A stretch of 64,000 bases of DNA, from positions 7,318,001 to 7,382,000 of the forward strand of contig CM119372.1 in assembly GCA_051294905.1 (NCBI GenBank), in the 5' to 3' direction. The position numbers were made by a program, and so were the translations under genes. Of this stretch, positions 50,382-63,435 are shown piece after piece. The notes beneath the pieces are model-generated. The model made no database searches, had not been told where the DNA came from, and worked only from the letters and a program-made list of their open reading frames with translations. Each line of letters starts with the position of its first letter. The first letter of the stretch is position 1. This DNA is from Botryllus schlosseri. Taxonomy: Eukaryota.

Positions 50382-53300
50382 CAGCGGTTCTCAACCGCCG
50401 GTCCGCGAGGCATATTATAATTTTGTACCTTAATTTCGAGGTGCAATATTTTAAAGGCTGGCCCATTGATAAAATAAATTAAACATCAAATCTTAAACTT
50501 ATTCAAGACTTCGTGAAGTAACATTAGGTCTGGAAACATGTTCGACTCGAAGTGTCATTTGACGTCATACGAGCGACATGTACGAGCTGACTCGCTAAAC
50601 TGCACAGTTTGCGCGATCATTTCTTTTTGATTCATTCAGTTTGCGAAGGATCGTAATTACCGCACCCCCAACCTCCCAATTTGAGCGGGGTCGAGTTTGA
50701 ATTATTTCATGACTGTACAACAGCATTTTTGTTTTTGAAACTTCATCCAACTTTTTTCAGTTTTTATTCGCGCTTGGCGCGGTTTAGTGTCACTATATGT
50801 TTTGATTATTGGTTGTCCTTCCCAAGAATTAATATTGATTAACAGAAATAGGTATTTCGGCGTCAACCATTATCACGCCAACACATAATGAAGTTTAGGC
50901 TAACAAAGGACTCCAAAAAGTGTGCTAAGAATTCGCCAGCGAGATAACCTTGGCCGAAAAGGAATGCCCTACCGAAAACTTCGATATATATTATATATAT
51001 GTCTAATTTTGTCCATAGGATCCAAAATGGCTGGCACCGAATCTCGCTGTTCTGGCAATCTGTACCCCATACGACAAATGCCAGACCACGGAACAATATT
51101 ATTTTCCAGTGAAAAAATACCAATTTGGAATCGTGTGCTGGAGTTAGTTTAGTACGCTTGGGTGATTTCAATATCTACTCACCCTCAATCAACTCTACCG
51201 AAAAATCTGAATATTCCAAGAACATGAAAAGTTACAGCAATATCTGCAATTACCAATATTATTTATCAATTCAGTCATGAATTAAAGAAACTTTTAACGC
51301 TTCGCGCGATCATGTAACATGAACTTTCTGCATACACTGACTAGAATGACTGTGTTGACAAGTACTGGTGAAAACACCCAACTAACAGTGGGGTCTGGGA
51401 GTGACGCCCCCTAGAACTTTGGTTTATCATCCGATGTGGGCCAAGACCAGGGTTGTAATGACTCGAGTCATGACTCGACTCGAGTCAGACTCGAGTCACG
51501 ATTTTTTTGTGACTCGACTTGACTCGAGTCATTTTCTTAAAATGGGAAAATGACTCGACTCGACTCGAGTCAATATTTGGATTGACTCGACTTGTACTCG
51601 AGTCATTACGCATGACTCGACTCAAGTCATTGACTCGGCTTATTTTATGTGACTTGAAGGGGAAGAAAGTTGCGAATCACAATGGTTAGATCAACGCATG
51701 TGACGAATTCTGTCGACATCGCTATTTGTCACCACTGCTTTCGTTGCACTCGTCTGATATCAGATATGCGCCGACGTAAAAACAAAAGACAATTGTACAT
51801 AGTAGCAAAGAGCAACGCATTGTACAAAATTATCCAGTGATGAAGAGGTAATAGATCCTCCGCCATCAAAGTACTCAAGACATTTCAATTATACAAGCAA
51901 ACAATCGAAGCAAAGTCCAATTATAGCCAAAGAAATGACTCAGATGGTCAAGTAGCCTACTTGGAAGAGACTGATAAGCTCATGTGTAGATATGAAGGCG
52001 ATGATTCTTTGCATTTTTGGCCGACTAAGAATGGATGAGAATCTAATGCTCTTCAGTGTGATTCAAAATTGCTTTTCAATTCCTGCATCTAATGCACCAG
52101 AGGAACGTGTATCCAGTGGATGTGGATTATTCTAAGGCCATGCCGCCTCAACATATATGAGAATCTCCTTTCCACTTTAGTATTTTTCAAGTGTAACTCA
52201 TTGATTTGATCTGCTGTCTGTGAAAACACACAATACCCTCCGTCCGTTTGACGTTTTGTTAGGTATGTGCATTGTGCATGTGATAATATTGAATGGCTAA
52301 TGTTGTGTGATATTTGTACAATAGGGCCGATCAAAAATACCTTCTTTTTTATTCTACTGGGTGGCTACTTGATAAAATTGCTGCGTTGCATAAAAAGAAC
52401 ACTGAATCTGGCCTAATTTGAAAAAGTGGAATCAATGAAATGAGAGGAGAAAATTTTGGATTTGAAAATACATGGAGTATTTTTAGTGAGAAATGATTTC
52501 ATACAATATAATTACATATTAGCAGTAAGTCGACTATTTTTTCATATCCAAAATATTCCACTCTAATAACTCCGCTTCTTCTAGTTGGAATTGAGCCAAA
52601 CTTTCTATGAATCATATTTTTACACAATCTAACAATATCATGAGGTAGCCGGTATATTTCGAAAGTCTCTATTTGTAATTAATCCAAAATATTTTCTCTT
52701 AGCATTGCTTTCTACTGGTTGGGATTAAGCCAAATTTAAGTTCTTTTAGATAATCCAACAATTTTAAGAAGTAGCCTCTTTTTTGAGATTCTGTCCTCAT
52801 TTTTGAGAATTTTTTTGGTAAATGTAGGGCAAATTCGACTAAGACAACAGTAAATCAGCACTAAAGTAACGCTGCGGCGACTATTTCGGCAGCTGAGCAG
52901 GAAAGTTGACCTTTTCTCTGGTTAACCACCTGATATGATGTGAAAGCAAAACTGTACCTCTACATATCTGTTGATTCTTTACCAGCTTGTATCTAGCTAG
53001 GCGTGAATTCGTAGGTACTCTATCAGATAGTATGTAGACGTGAATTCGTTAATTCTCTATAAGCTATTTGTGAGCAGTCGTCGATGTGCTCGTAATAAAA
53101 ACTGAATGCTTTTATTTGTGAAATATCAGACTGACAAGACAGATATTTGATTTAAAGTTCTAAGATTAGTTACGTTATCGTATTGGCGGCCTATCTCGTC
53201 TATCTGTAGCATCGGTATATGAGGCCGGGAACTGTCTGCTATCTGCCTAACTAAATAAACTTGTGCCAAGACTATGATAGAGACAAAATAAGCATGTTTG

Positions 53301-54092
53301 GCAAGCAAGGAATTCGATATCACCCAAGCAGGATTGAAAACATAAGTTGAACATGACTTCAATACTGTGACTTGGACTCGACTCGAGTCATAACACTATG
53401 ACTCGGACTTGATCCTTAAAACGGTGACTGGGACTCGGACTCGAGTCGGTGATGGATTGAAAATGACTCGACTCGACTCGAGTCAAAACCACAAAAGTCA
53501 GATTGACTCGTGACTCGGAACCATGTGACTTGGTTACAACCCTGGCCAAGACCGACGTTTTTGGGCTGGTAAGCTGACGATCGGCCCTGATTTTGTGGAT
53601 GGCCAGGTATAGCTGTTGTCGGGTGTTTTCGTGCGGCGCATTGTATTCATAGTGGCCAGAGTAGCCTACGGCTGGTGGTAGTGGGCAATGAGCAAGGTAG
53701 CACTACAAGGTGCTGGGTTCGACTCCAAAACGCATGTTCTCTCGATATTGTCGAAGAGAAGAATATTATTCGAGTTAGCATGGTCGGTTAAATCAATAGC
53801 CTTCGGCGCACAAGACTGTAAACGACTCTCGGCTCTAGCACGTTTATATGGGTAAGGCAATTTTACCTCGACTCATTAGACTCACGACGGTAAAATCACA
53901 TGGATGCCATCATGAACATAACTAATTACGATCAAAACCCTCAAAATGTCACTCTCTAGCCCCATATACTTGCAAAAAACGGTGGCATACTTCACGTTCT
54001 GAGTTGATTTCAATTTTTGAAAGTCCACCGGTCTGTCAAATATTTTTGGAAATTTTACCGGTCCGCGAGGTGAAAAAAGTCGAGAACCACTG
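50382..54092. mobile_element. Buster/Charlie-type non-autonomous element (same family as 11867-14207)
   Basis: Ends CAGCGGTTCTCAAC / GTCGAGAACCACTG, perfect TSD GTCTAAAC, collinear similarity with 11867-14207. Confidence 0.92.
51448..53544 (+). mobile_element. hAT element with GACTCGAGTC arrays and transposase remnant, nested in 50382-54092
   Basis: TIR CAGGGTTGTAA / TTACAACCCTG, perfect TSD GCCAAGAC, remnant LLSIPASNAPEERV at ~52069-52112. Confidence 0.92.
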
Positions 54093-54965
54093 GTCTAAAC
54101 TGCTATAAGATATGGATTTATTCAATTTAAAGTGAATCATTAAACTGGTACGATTGATTTTCAAACCAAGACAGTTTGATACATTCCAATACAAATCCAA
54201 GAGTAATTCACACTCCTACTGTTAATAATAGCGTTGCATTTAAAACAAAAATCAAATTAAAACACGTTTTCGTCGTTATTTAATCACGACTGCGCGAATT
54301 TTTGATTGTGACGTCACCGTGAATTGACATTGACAGTTGAAAATATAGAGTGAACACCTGAACACGAGCACGAGCATGGCTCCTTTCACGAAGAAGGCTT
54401 CCGATCCGTCATAAACGTACCAAAAACATCTTTAACCAGGATAATATCGTTATGCAGCATTTTTACGGTAGGGAGTCATCATCATCGAAAAACCCTTTCG
54501 CTACCAATGATCGATATCTATACGACGTATACGTGCTATAACTGTTGAATCGACGATGATTTCAAGGGCTCCACTTCCAATCATTCCATACCGTATACGT
54601 CGACTATATTGGGTGCAAATCATCCGTAGGTTCCTACTACATTTTTGTCGAAAGTATTTACGCAATTATAGCATATAATTATCCAACATTTGGAAGAAAA
54701 GAAAAACATTTTTCAAACACTGTTTAGAAAATGTTTTAAACAAAGGACACCATTTGTTCTAAATGCAACCCTAGTTAATAGCCATGCAATCGCGGATTTC
54801 ATCAAATACAGGATGCGGTTATTCATGCACTAACCAATAACCACAACAGAAAACAGAAAAATCAGCACAGCAACAGATAGGTAGTACCTGACTAGTATAG
54901 TTGTATATAAAAGGGGAGCGCATTGTAGCTATCGACTTATACTGCTATAGTATGTATGTATGTAT

Positions 54966-55150
54966 CAGAGATGAGCATGGATTAGGATTAGGTTTTGAAA
55001 AAACAGGATTTGTGAAATTTTGTCGGATTTGGATTGGATTTGGATTAGACATTTTTTTCGGAACGGATTAGGATTTGGATTGGATTTGGACTTGAAGGTT
55101 CGGATTTGGATTGGATTAGGACATAGAAATTTCAAATCCGCTCATCTCTG
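54966..55150. mobile_element. 185-bp Ac-type MITE with GGATT arrays
   Basis: TIR CAGAGATGAGC / GCTCATCTCTG, TSD GTATGTAT. Confidence 0.9.
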
Positions 55151-55236
55151 GTATGTATGGATAGAATACATCAATGCAACGTCTTGCAAATATATGAAAA
55201 GCGTCTGTCGAACTCAAGTGTGCGTATTGTTAGTTT

Positions 55237-55260
55237 CACACACACACACACACACACACA
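55237..55260. repeat. (CA)12 microsatellite
   Basis: Read directly from the sequence. Confidence 0.95.
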
Positions 55261-56394
55261 TGTCATTGGATCATAGTATAGACTCATAAATTGTGCTGAA
55301 TGGGCCTCAGAGAAAATAGAGTTTGCCGTTTTCAGACTCAACGGCATTATCGGGAGTAATCCGACATACTTACATCTTCCATGAGCAATCGGTGCTTTCG
55401 CGTTCTATGTGAATTCCTAAAAGGCACTGAAATTTTTTAGCGGATAAAGGGGGTGGAAAGTTACTGCTTTTTAAAGTCTTAAATCATGCTGCTCGCACGA
55501 GTTCTCGAATAACTACATCTACCATATCTACCTAAATCGACGTGCTGTTATTTATGGTGGTCTTTGCGCTTAAAGTGGTCAAAGCAGCTTCTGAGTTTTT
55601 CTTTGTGCTAATCTGATGGCTTTATTTGAAATACGAGTCTATTTCTGGAATTATGAGTAGTACCGACTATCTGATATTTTCGAAATCCTCAATCATAATG
55701 AAAGCAACGATAATCATTCCAAATCATGGGTGCTAACGGTTTTTCGAAAGCGTTTGAATTACTCAATGATTTCGTTAATATAGCAGGCGATGAGAAAGTA
55801 CCACATATATATGCACGGTCGCCAAGTCGACTTCACCGTTATAAAAGTATATAGGCATAGCTCAATGTCCCAGGATTATCGCGAGGACAGGGGTGGTCAA
55901 CCAGTCATGACCGAAGAGCCGCGTTGAATTTAAAAATCAGTTCCCGAAGAGTCTCGTCGTAGGGGCTCAGAAAAGCGCCATGTCTTCTCATACTCTTCCG
56001 ATTTGACAGGTTTAATGAACATATAGAACATGTATTAAAATCCAGGAGAAGAAGTTGATAAGATCAGGAAGTTATTGCCATTACGATCGACAAAAAATAT
56101 CAAGTCTCCTATTTTCAATCGTCTTATGTTGATCGTCATATTTTCTCTTAGCTGATATAATTTCACCGTGACACTTAGATGTCATTTAACGTCCGAATAA
56201 TGTGAATACATTCGAAGTTGATGTCATGAAAGCGGTGTTTTTCTCAAATTAAATTACAATTAGAATAATATGTATATACATTTTTCCAAATTAGATTAGA
56301 AATTGAATCACTAAATTCGTCAGAGATCAAGTTCACTTTATATCAAATTCTTTCTCATAAGCGCAAGAATGTCAAATGGCTCGACAGTCTACAC

Positions 56395-57743
56395 CAGAGG
56401 TCTCAAACACGCGGCCCGCGAGACCATTTTCTGCGGCCCGCGAAGGCATTTTGGAATTTCAAGTATTCGACAATATATTCAAGTGTCATATATCTTTTTT
56501 AGATTTAAGAACTTGAAGTTCACTCTAAAATTACTATAAAAACCTGAAATCTCAACAAACTTCACTATCACATCACTTCTAAAATCTACCATGAGGTGGA
56601 AAATCGCTATTACGTCACATTTCTAGTTCATCATGATAAAACATGACCCGTTGATGATTCGTGACTGAAAATTGTGATTTTGTTTGCGTTGCGTGGAATA
56701 TATCTAATCAGGTCAGCATGGAGTCCATTGGCATTCTGTGGCCCCGTGACGTATATTTGGTTAAATCTTAAGTATCGTTTGTTATCTTTATCTATGTTAT
56801 TATCAATGGCAAGTAAGGCAGTGGCACGCTCCACAGCTGTATCACCAATGGATTCTTCGGCGATTGGACATTTCTATTCCAGAGGTTCTTAACCAGGGGT
56901 CCGTAGTCCATTCGTGGTACGAAGCACCACATCAGGGGGTACGAGATGCATTGTGGAAATAGGCCTATATGCTGTGGAATATTTTCCGGGCCAATTTATT
57001 CAACTGGAAAATATTCTTTGCGCCATACGCGCGATTTTATGCGAATGGGCTTTCTGATTTTTATATAGGTACCATCAGAAATCTTGTTGAAAATGGTCAG
57101 GGGCCCGGGAAATCTTATTGAAAGCACAATGGGTACGATCGCTAAATAGGTTAAGAAACAATGCTTTTACTGTGGCACAATAATAATATTTATATTTAAA
57201 TTGTTATTAATATGTTGCAATATTAATCGAAGAAAATATAACGCTGATTTAATTTGACTTCGGCAATTATAGTGACAATAGCCTACTTATCACGACTATA
57301 TCAGAAGCCCAGATTAGGCTATACACCGCTCACATGTTCTGATGTCAGATCAATCTTAAATACATTTTAAAATATTCTACATAAGATTATGGCAGGTCAA
57401 AGTTCCACTATAAGCTGCATTATTATAACCCGACAGCTCTTACGATGTCATCATCCGTCCTCTTGCATGATGTCTTTAACTCATTATTTTAACAAATTAT
57501 GCCCAGCACAAAAATTATTTTATTAAAATGTTTGAAAATGTCATTTTTTCGTACCAAGCGTGAATAGTATAATTGTAAATTACATTGTCGCGATGTTTGT
57601 GAAATGACTGTCTGCAGGGTGCCGTTAAATAAGGCCTACCTCGATATTATACATTGAATACCCCTATTAATGATGCTGCGGCCCGCGGTGTCATCAGAAA
57701 TTAGGCAATTGGCCCGCGAGCACATTTGAGTTTGAGACCTCTG
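56395..57743. mobile_element. Buster/Charlie-type non-autonomous element, with a probable older nested MITE at ~56880-57163
   Basis: TIR CAGAGGTCTCAAAC / GTTTGAGACCTCTG, perfect TSD GTCTACAC, GCGGCCCGCG subterminal motifs. Confidence 0.92.
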
Positions 57744-59042
57744 GTCTACACCAAGTCTGGCTCGTTTCACACTATATAGAGTTCTCCTGTATCATTTGCA
57801 GGAAAACCTGAAATTAGATTAGAATTAAAATTAGAGCATAGAAACATTTCACAAATTAGATTAGAATAAGATCACCGGCAATTAATTAGTCAACTATAAT
57901 TATCTAGTTTTCAAGAGTGCTTAGACTGTGCCGATTAGTATTAATAAGTCAAACCTAAATAGCTAGCAACAAATGACCTCGATCTGTCGAAAATGGTTTT
58001 TACCGAGTAAAGATACTGACAACAAATCCATATGTTCTGAAGGCCTATATAGGTGGTATTTCGTTAATTCGTCCGTTGTCGTTAATTTTGATTGGTCAGT
58101 CAGCACATTTGGGTACGATGCTCCATTGCTCATTGTTGAAAATATCCTCTCAGTTTGCAGCATATTATTTCAATTATAGGCACCTTCAACAATTCGGACT
58201 ATTCATCTGCTATGTTTGATTGGTAATGTGAATCATCAATTCGGCATGGCTAATAGGTGTTTCAAAATATTCCTGATTACGGTTGTTGAGATCTCGATTT
58301 TCTGGGGGAACGAACACTTTGTATTGTGCCATGACAGACACGGATCGCATTTACCCGAGCGTCCAAGTCTTGGAAATAATATAGTTTCGAATTCAAGATT
58401 CATGCAAAGAACTGATATAAGTAAAAAAGAAGAAATTATTATTACAAACGAAAGACCGAGCGCATCAACGCGCTTTCGGATTCCGTTGAAGATACTAAAG
58501 GAATCCTACTACCGCAGCCGGAGACATCTCAAGTTCGAGCATCAACTGCGGAAAAAGGAGGTCGCGTTGTCTTTGACCAGTTTCCATCACTCTGCGGTCA
58601 GATTCCGCGTTTTGTACGTGTATGGTGATGTTGTCGCGGGAAGACCTATGAGAGATCTGGAGAGGAGACACAGGCTCAAGAAGATCGGTGAGTTTTAGGT
58701 TCTGGTGTATCATTGGCGCTGCCACAACAACCGAAATCAGGGGATATTCTAAATTTTATGCTGTTGTGTGGCGATTCCCAGCTTTAAAATGGTCAATTAT
58801 AAGCTACATTGAAATCTTTTCACGTCAACATATAGTAGACCTACCATATGTCCTTTTTGGGGAGGATTTGTACTCTTTTTTTAAGAAAAATGACTAGTCC
58901 TCCATGGACGCTATAATTGCCTAAATGTCCTCTTGTTTGCAGTTCGAGTAAGTTCCTTATTCTTACACCAATGCTTTTAGGCGAGACGCTTATGTCAATT
59001 GGATATTTGACCCCATTTTAGGCCCCTGTCTCGACTCTTATG

Positions 59043-59270
59043 TAGGGTTACCAGCATATGTCCTTCTTTAGGAGGATTTGTGCTCCTCGTTCAGCAAATC
59101 GAAAAAGCGAGTAATTCGGGAGCGGAGTCACCGTGGTGACCCTTTTTTAGTCAGCACAGCATGATTTCCAGTGAATATTTCCAAATCAGCTGTTTTCAAT
59201 GTCGGTTCACTAACTTTTATTATTTGATAAAAGTGTCCCCCTTTCCCGATTCCAAGATATGGTAACCCTA
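59043..59270. mobile_element. Blackjack-like hAT MITE
   Basis: TAGGGTTACCA / TGGTAACCCTA ends, internal similarity to 4307-4789. TSD not recognisable. Confidence 0.7.
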
Positions 59271-59752
59271 TTTCCTTTCTTACCAGGTTTATAACAGTTC
59301 GTCACAGTGTGTCATGCAGGATTCAGGCCTTCATTATCACACGAAGGAAGTATAAGCAATACTTTCATAGCTAACTAATGAATATAGCGGACGTATTAAA
59401 TGGCAACGAAAGTTTGTATTGTATCCGGTTCCGCGGTTGTTTCAATTCAATTTTAATCGGAGGAAATTGGCATCCTTGATCATCATGTACCGTTCACCGA
59501 GACTAATTAGTAATTATGTCAGTTAAATTCGACCATAGAACATTGCTTTTTTTGCATATTTCGATTCATATAGAGGTCATATTCCTTTACATTTCTCATT
59601 TAATGTGAACCGTCAAGAAGTTTATCGACATGATATATTAGAAATGTAGCAAAGTTGACTCATATAAATTCAATCGACTATAATAGTCTACCATTTTTAA
59701 GGACTTTCATGTGTCTGCTTGATTTATTAGACGGCCAGTATGGTGTGTAGTA

Positions 59753-60383
59753 TAGGGATGGTGTGAACGTGAGGTTCACGTTCACAAACGAACCTTGGTA
59801 GGTTCAGCACTGTGAACATTTTTCATATATTACAATTTTCACTTGATTAATAACATCTTTGGTTGAAATTTATTGCATTTCAAGTGCGGGCCATTATATG
59901 GATGGCGCTGGCAGTAAAAAAAAGTCACTAAACGAGCATGCACCTTGACCGTCTCAAAAATTTTACTCGCTTTGTTACAAATGTTTGCTCGAATATTTAG
60001 TGACTCTCCGCTGTGAGGTTGACCCGCAATCACACAACATAAAGAACGAAATACACTGATTGTAGGTAGTCAGCGAATGATGCTTATTCAACCAATCACT
60101 GAAATTGATATCGTTATCTGATGTAAAGAATATTTGTAAAGAAAACATTTTCACGCTGTAAATGTCCGAATGTAACAATCAAGAAATTGCTGTTACAAAA
60201 TAATGACAGCACAGCGATACTACGTGAAATTCAGTGAGACAGGGTCCCGAATATCGAAGTGATGATTCACATGCAGATGCAGTACATGATGGAACAATCA
60301 GTTTGATAATAAAAGTCAGTGAGGCTTGTTGAAGCAACAAATAACACACACATCTATCTTCTGATCGAAACTTTACTATTTAG
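59753..60383. mobile_element. Left part of an Ac-type hAT element (TAGGGATGGTGTGAAC end), interrupted by a copy of its own family
   Basis: ~59753-60130 is collinear with 60384-60763 plus 63444 onward. Its right end is not within the window. Confidence 0.75.
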
Positions 60384-60763
60384 TAGGCATGGTGTGAATG
60401 TGAGGTTCACGTTCGCGTTCTGTGTGTGAACCTCAGAATTCTAGAGGTTCTCGTTCACAAACGAACCTTGGTAGGTTCTGCACTGTGAACCTTTTTCATA
60501 CATTACAATTTTCACTTCATTTTAACATCTTTGGTTGAAATTTATGGCATTTCAACTGCGCGCTACTCTATGCATGGCGCTGACAGTACAAAAATCAAAC
60601 CTAATCGAGCATGCACCTTGACAATCTTACAAAGTATACCTGCTTTGTTACAAGAGTTCGCTCGAAATATCCAACTTTCCGTATGTGAATATTTAGTGAC
60701 TCTCTGCTGTGACCTTGAACCGCAATCGCACAACATCAAGAGCGAAATACACTACCTGTAGAC

Positions 60764-63435
60764 CAGGGGTCACCAACCTTTTTGCAACCGAGGGCTACTT
60801 TTGAGTAATGATTGAAGCGGCGGGCTACTATTTACTCCCGCCGTTTACCCGTACCACACTGAATTTCCGCTTTGATATTCATAGCACTGGGCAGGACTGG
60901 ACATCATGTTATCTGTTTCTATAGCAGTCAGTGGGATGCCTGGCATTGTATGATATCAACTAGTGCGCTGTACTCTGGTATGTAACTTGACACTGCAATT
61001 CTGAGTGCGTGTTCCAGATGTGCATTGATTGAGCGTGTTTGTGTTTGCTTTTGATGAAGTTCATGTCCGAAAAGGCTGATTCACAACGATAAGTTGAACC
61101 ATAGACGCTTGCAACCTTCATAGCTGCTGCGCATACACCACTGTACTTTTCCGTATCAACAATATGCACCAAACGTTTGCTGCAGACTGAGGTGGGGGTC
61201 ATTTTGCAGTGTTACAATTTCAATCTCCAACTGTTCAGCATCCAGAAATGACAAGATTTCATTATACCGGACAGCAGCAACGATTACAGAAAGTTAGAAA
61301 CATGGTATATTAAACTGCGTTGAGTGTAACAGAAACAAGCTGTGCAAAATGATGCAATACGTAATGGGTATACATATATTGAAAATCTGCTAGTAATTCA
61401 CGGCTATCTGACTCCGAATAATATTATTGTTTACTACTTTGGCATTGTCCTGGTCGTCGAGCTATCGTAACGGAACCCCCCCAACATTTTAAGAAGACCG
61501 TGGACGGCATTCCGTCATGTCGCCTTTATAGGCACTGCGCCTTATCTTGAATTTCTGGTGATTCTATCACGAACATCTATATATTACTAATTGTAATTTA
61601 AGATATTTTCAAGTGCTTATATATGTAAGTTACATGTTAGTGTGTTTTAAACAAGAATACCTGAATCAATCAATCTATATCAGGGGTCGGCAACCTTTTG
61701 CTAGTCACGGGCCACATTTCGAGTGCGCAACATTTTGGCGGGCCGGATTTTTCTTAATACTATAATTAACGCGCACGTCGGTATATTACCCTACAATGCT
61801 GCAATCTCCCTCATCCAAATCACAAAAAGAGCAAACCACATGTATTTAAACTTCAACAACGCAGGATAAATGTGACACTTGGCGCAGCTTGCTTTGTGAA
61901 CGGTTTTAAACTTCTCGTCAGATGAAGCAAGAATCAGACCATATTCTAAATGGGCGTTGGAATACGTGATCTTAGCTTGATCTTCGTGAATTTAATTGTT
62001 GAAAACTATTGTTCACATGCGTACGTGCTACCAAAAGTCGATGCCATTTCTTTTGCATTGTTGTTGAAGCTGGGATGAAGACCCATTTCAAGAACGTACT
62101 CTTTGTCAAAGTCATTCGGCGATATGCTCTTTGTATGAAATTTGGCATTCAATTCAACTGCATCGCATTTCAAATGGGCCCATTTGAAATTTTGTGACAA
62201 TGGTATTGGCGTCCACATTAAACGGAGTAGGCCTACTGAGTAGTCAGAATTTATTTTTTACAGAACGAATGTCGGAAAAGCGGGTGGAAATTCAGTAATT
62301 AAATTTCGTATATCACAGTTACAAATGTTTAGTGCTGGTACTAGGTTTAAGCCTATACTCTCCTCCAGTATAGGAAAGTGAGCATATAATTTTCTTTGTA
62401 CTTTTGACTTTCCCGGAGTCACAGTTTTGTTTCGAATGCGTCTCAACATCTCATGTATTTAGTTGTTTCCCCCTGAAGTTGCAAATTCAATATGTTTTGA
62501 TGTGATGTTAAATGTCCTACGAAAGCAAGATTAGATACCCATTTTCGATGACAAGATTATGAGTCGGCGATGTTTGTATTTTCAAGGGAATTTGCTATTT
62601 AATTTCTCAGTTCATAGGCTACACTCGTGCAAGCATAGCTTCTCGACTTTAATGCGTGAACAAAGACATCACCATATTGATGCTCTGCTTCTAGTAATAT
62701 CTGAGGTAGGCTAACTGTCGGTGATTCAGTTTGTGAGACAAAATCAGCTTTCACCATTGTGTCCAAAACACTATTCAGGTTTGTTGTCTTGGCGTAAAAT
62801 GTCTTCTGGTGAATTAAACTACATATGACTAACATACGGAGGCTAGTTATCTATGATGAAACAGAGAAAGTTTGAGATTTTATCATTGCGTCTGTGCAGA
62901 GGAACGGCACCTTTATTGTCGCACCCTATCTGAGTGGCAAACCCTAAAAAAGTATGGTATACCTTCGGTTGCGCGATACACCCGCTTGATAAGCACTGGT
63001 CTAGTCTACTCTACAGACATTCTCCATCTCCTACTTTTAGTACGAGATAGGCTACTAGTCGACCGCCTTCGCACCAGTTTTATGGCGTAACAATTGACTA
63101 CAACGACGTAGGATACTTTATATCGGAGCGATGCCGCATTCTTTCCAAGCAGTGCTGCACTGCAGATTGGAACTCATTACGAAACGGCGGGCCGTGTTCT
63201 TGTGATACCTAATTATTTCGTCGCGGGCCGGACGATTTCGCTTGGCGGGCCGGATCCGGCCCGCGGGCCGTAGGTTGCCGACCCTTGATCTATATATTTA
63301 AAACCTCACTGGTAATAATCCGACGACTATTGGTAAATGCTGCTATTCCACCTATTTTTAGAATGGGCTCGCGGGCTACTCATCTAGTCCTCGCGGGCTA
63401 CCTGGTGCCCGCGGGCACCGGGTTGGTGACCCCTG
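60764..63435 (-). mobile_element. Buster/Charlie-type element with transposase C-terminal remnant
   Basis: TIR CAGGGGTCACCAACC, perfect TSD CTGTAGAC, remnant VYGSTYRCESAFSDMNFIKSK (ORF 60960-61202). Confidence 0.93.
61681..63287 (-). mobile_element. Buster/SPIN-like element with degraded transposase
   Basis: TIR CAGGGGTCGGCAACC / GGTTGCCGACCCTTG, perfect TSD ATCTATAT, remnant FGSTYACEQ plus further frame-shifted fragments at ~62000-62835. Confidence 0.93.

Noticed and set aside
59770..59810. Retinoic-acid response elements from repeated GGTTCA/GTTCAC
   Set aside because: These are MITE subterminal repeats and I found no proper DR2/DR5 spacing.
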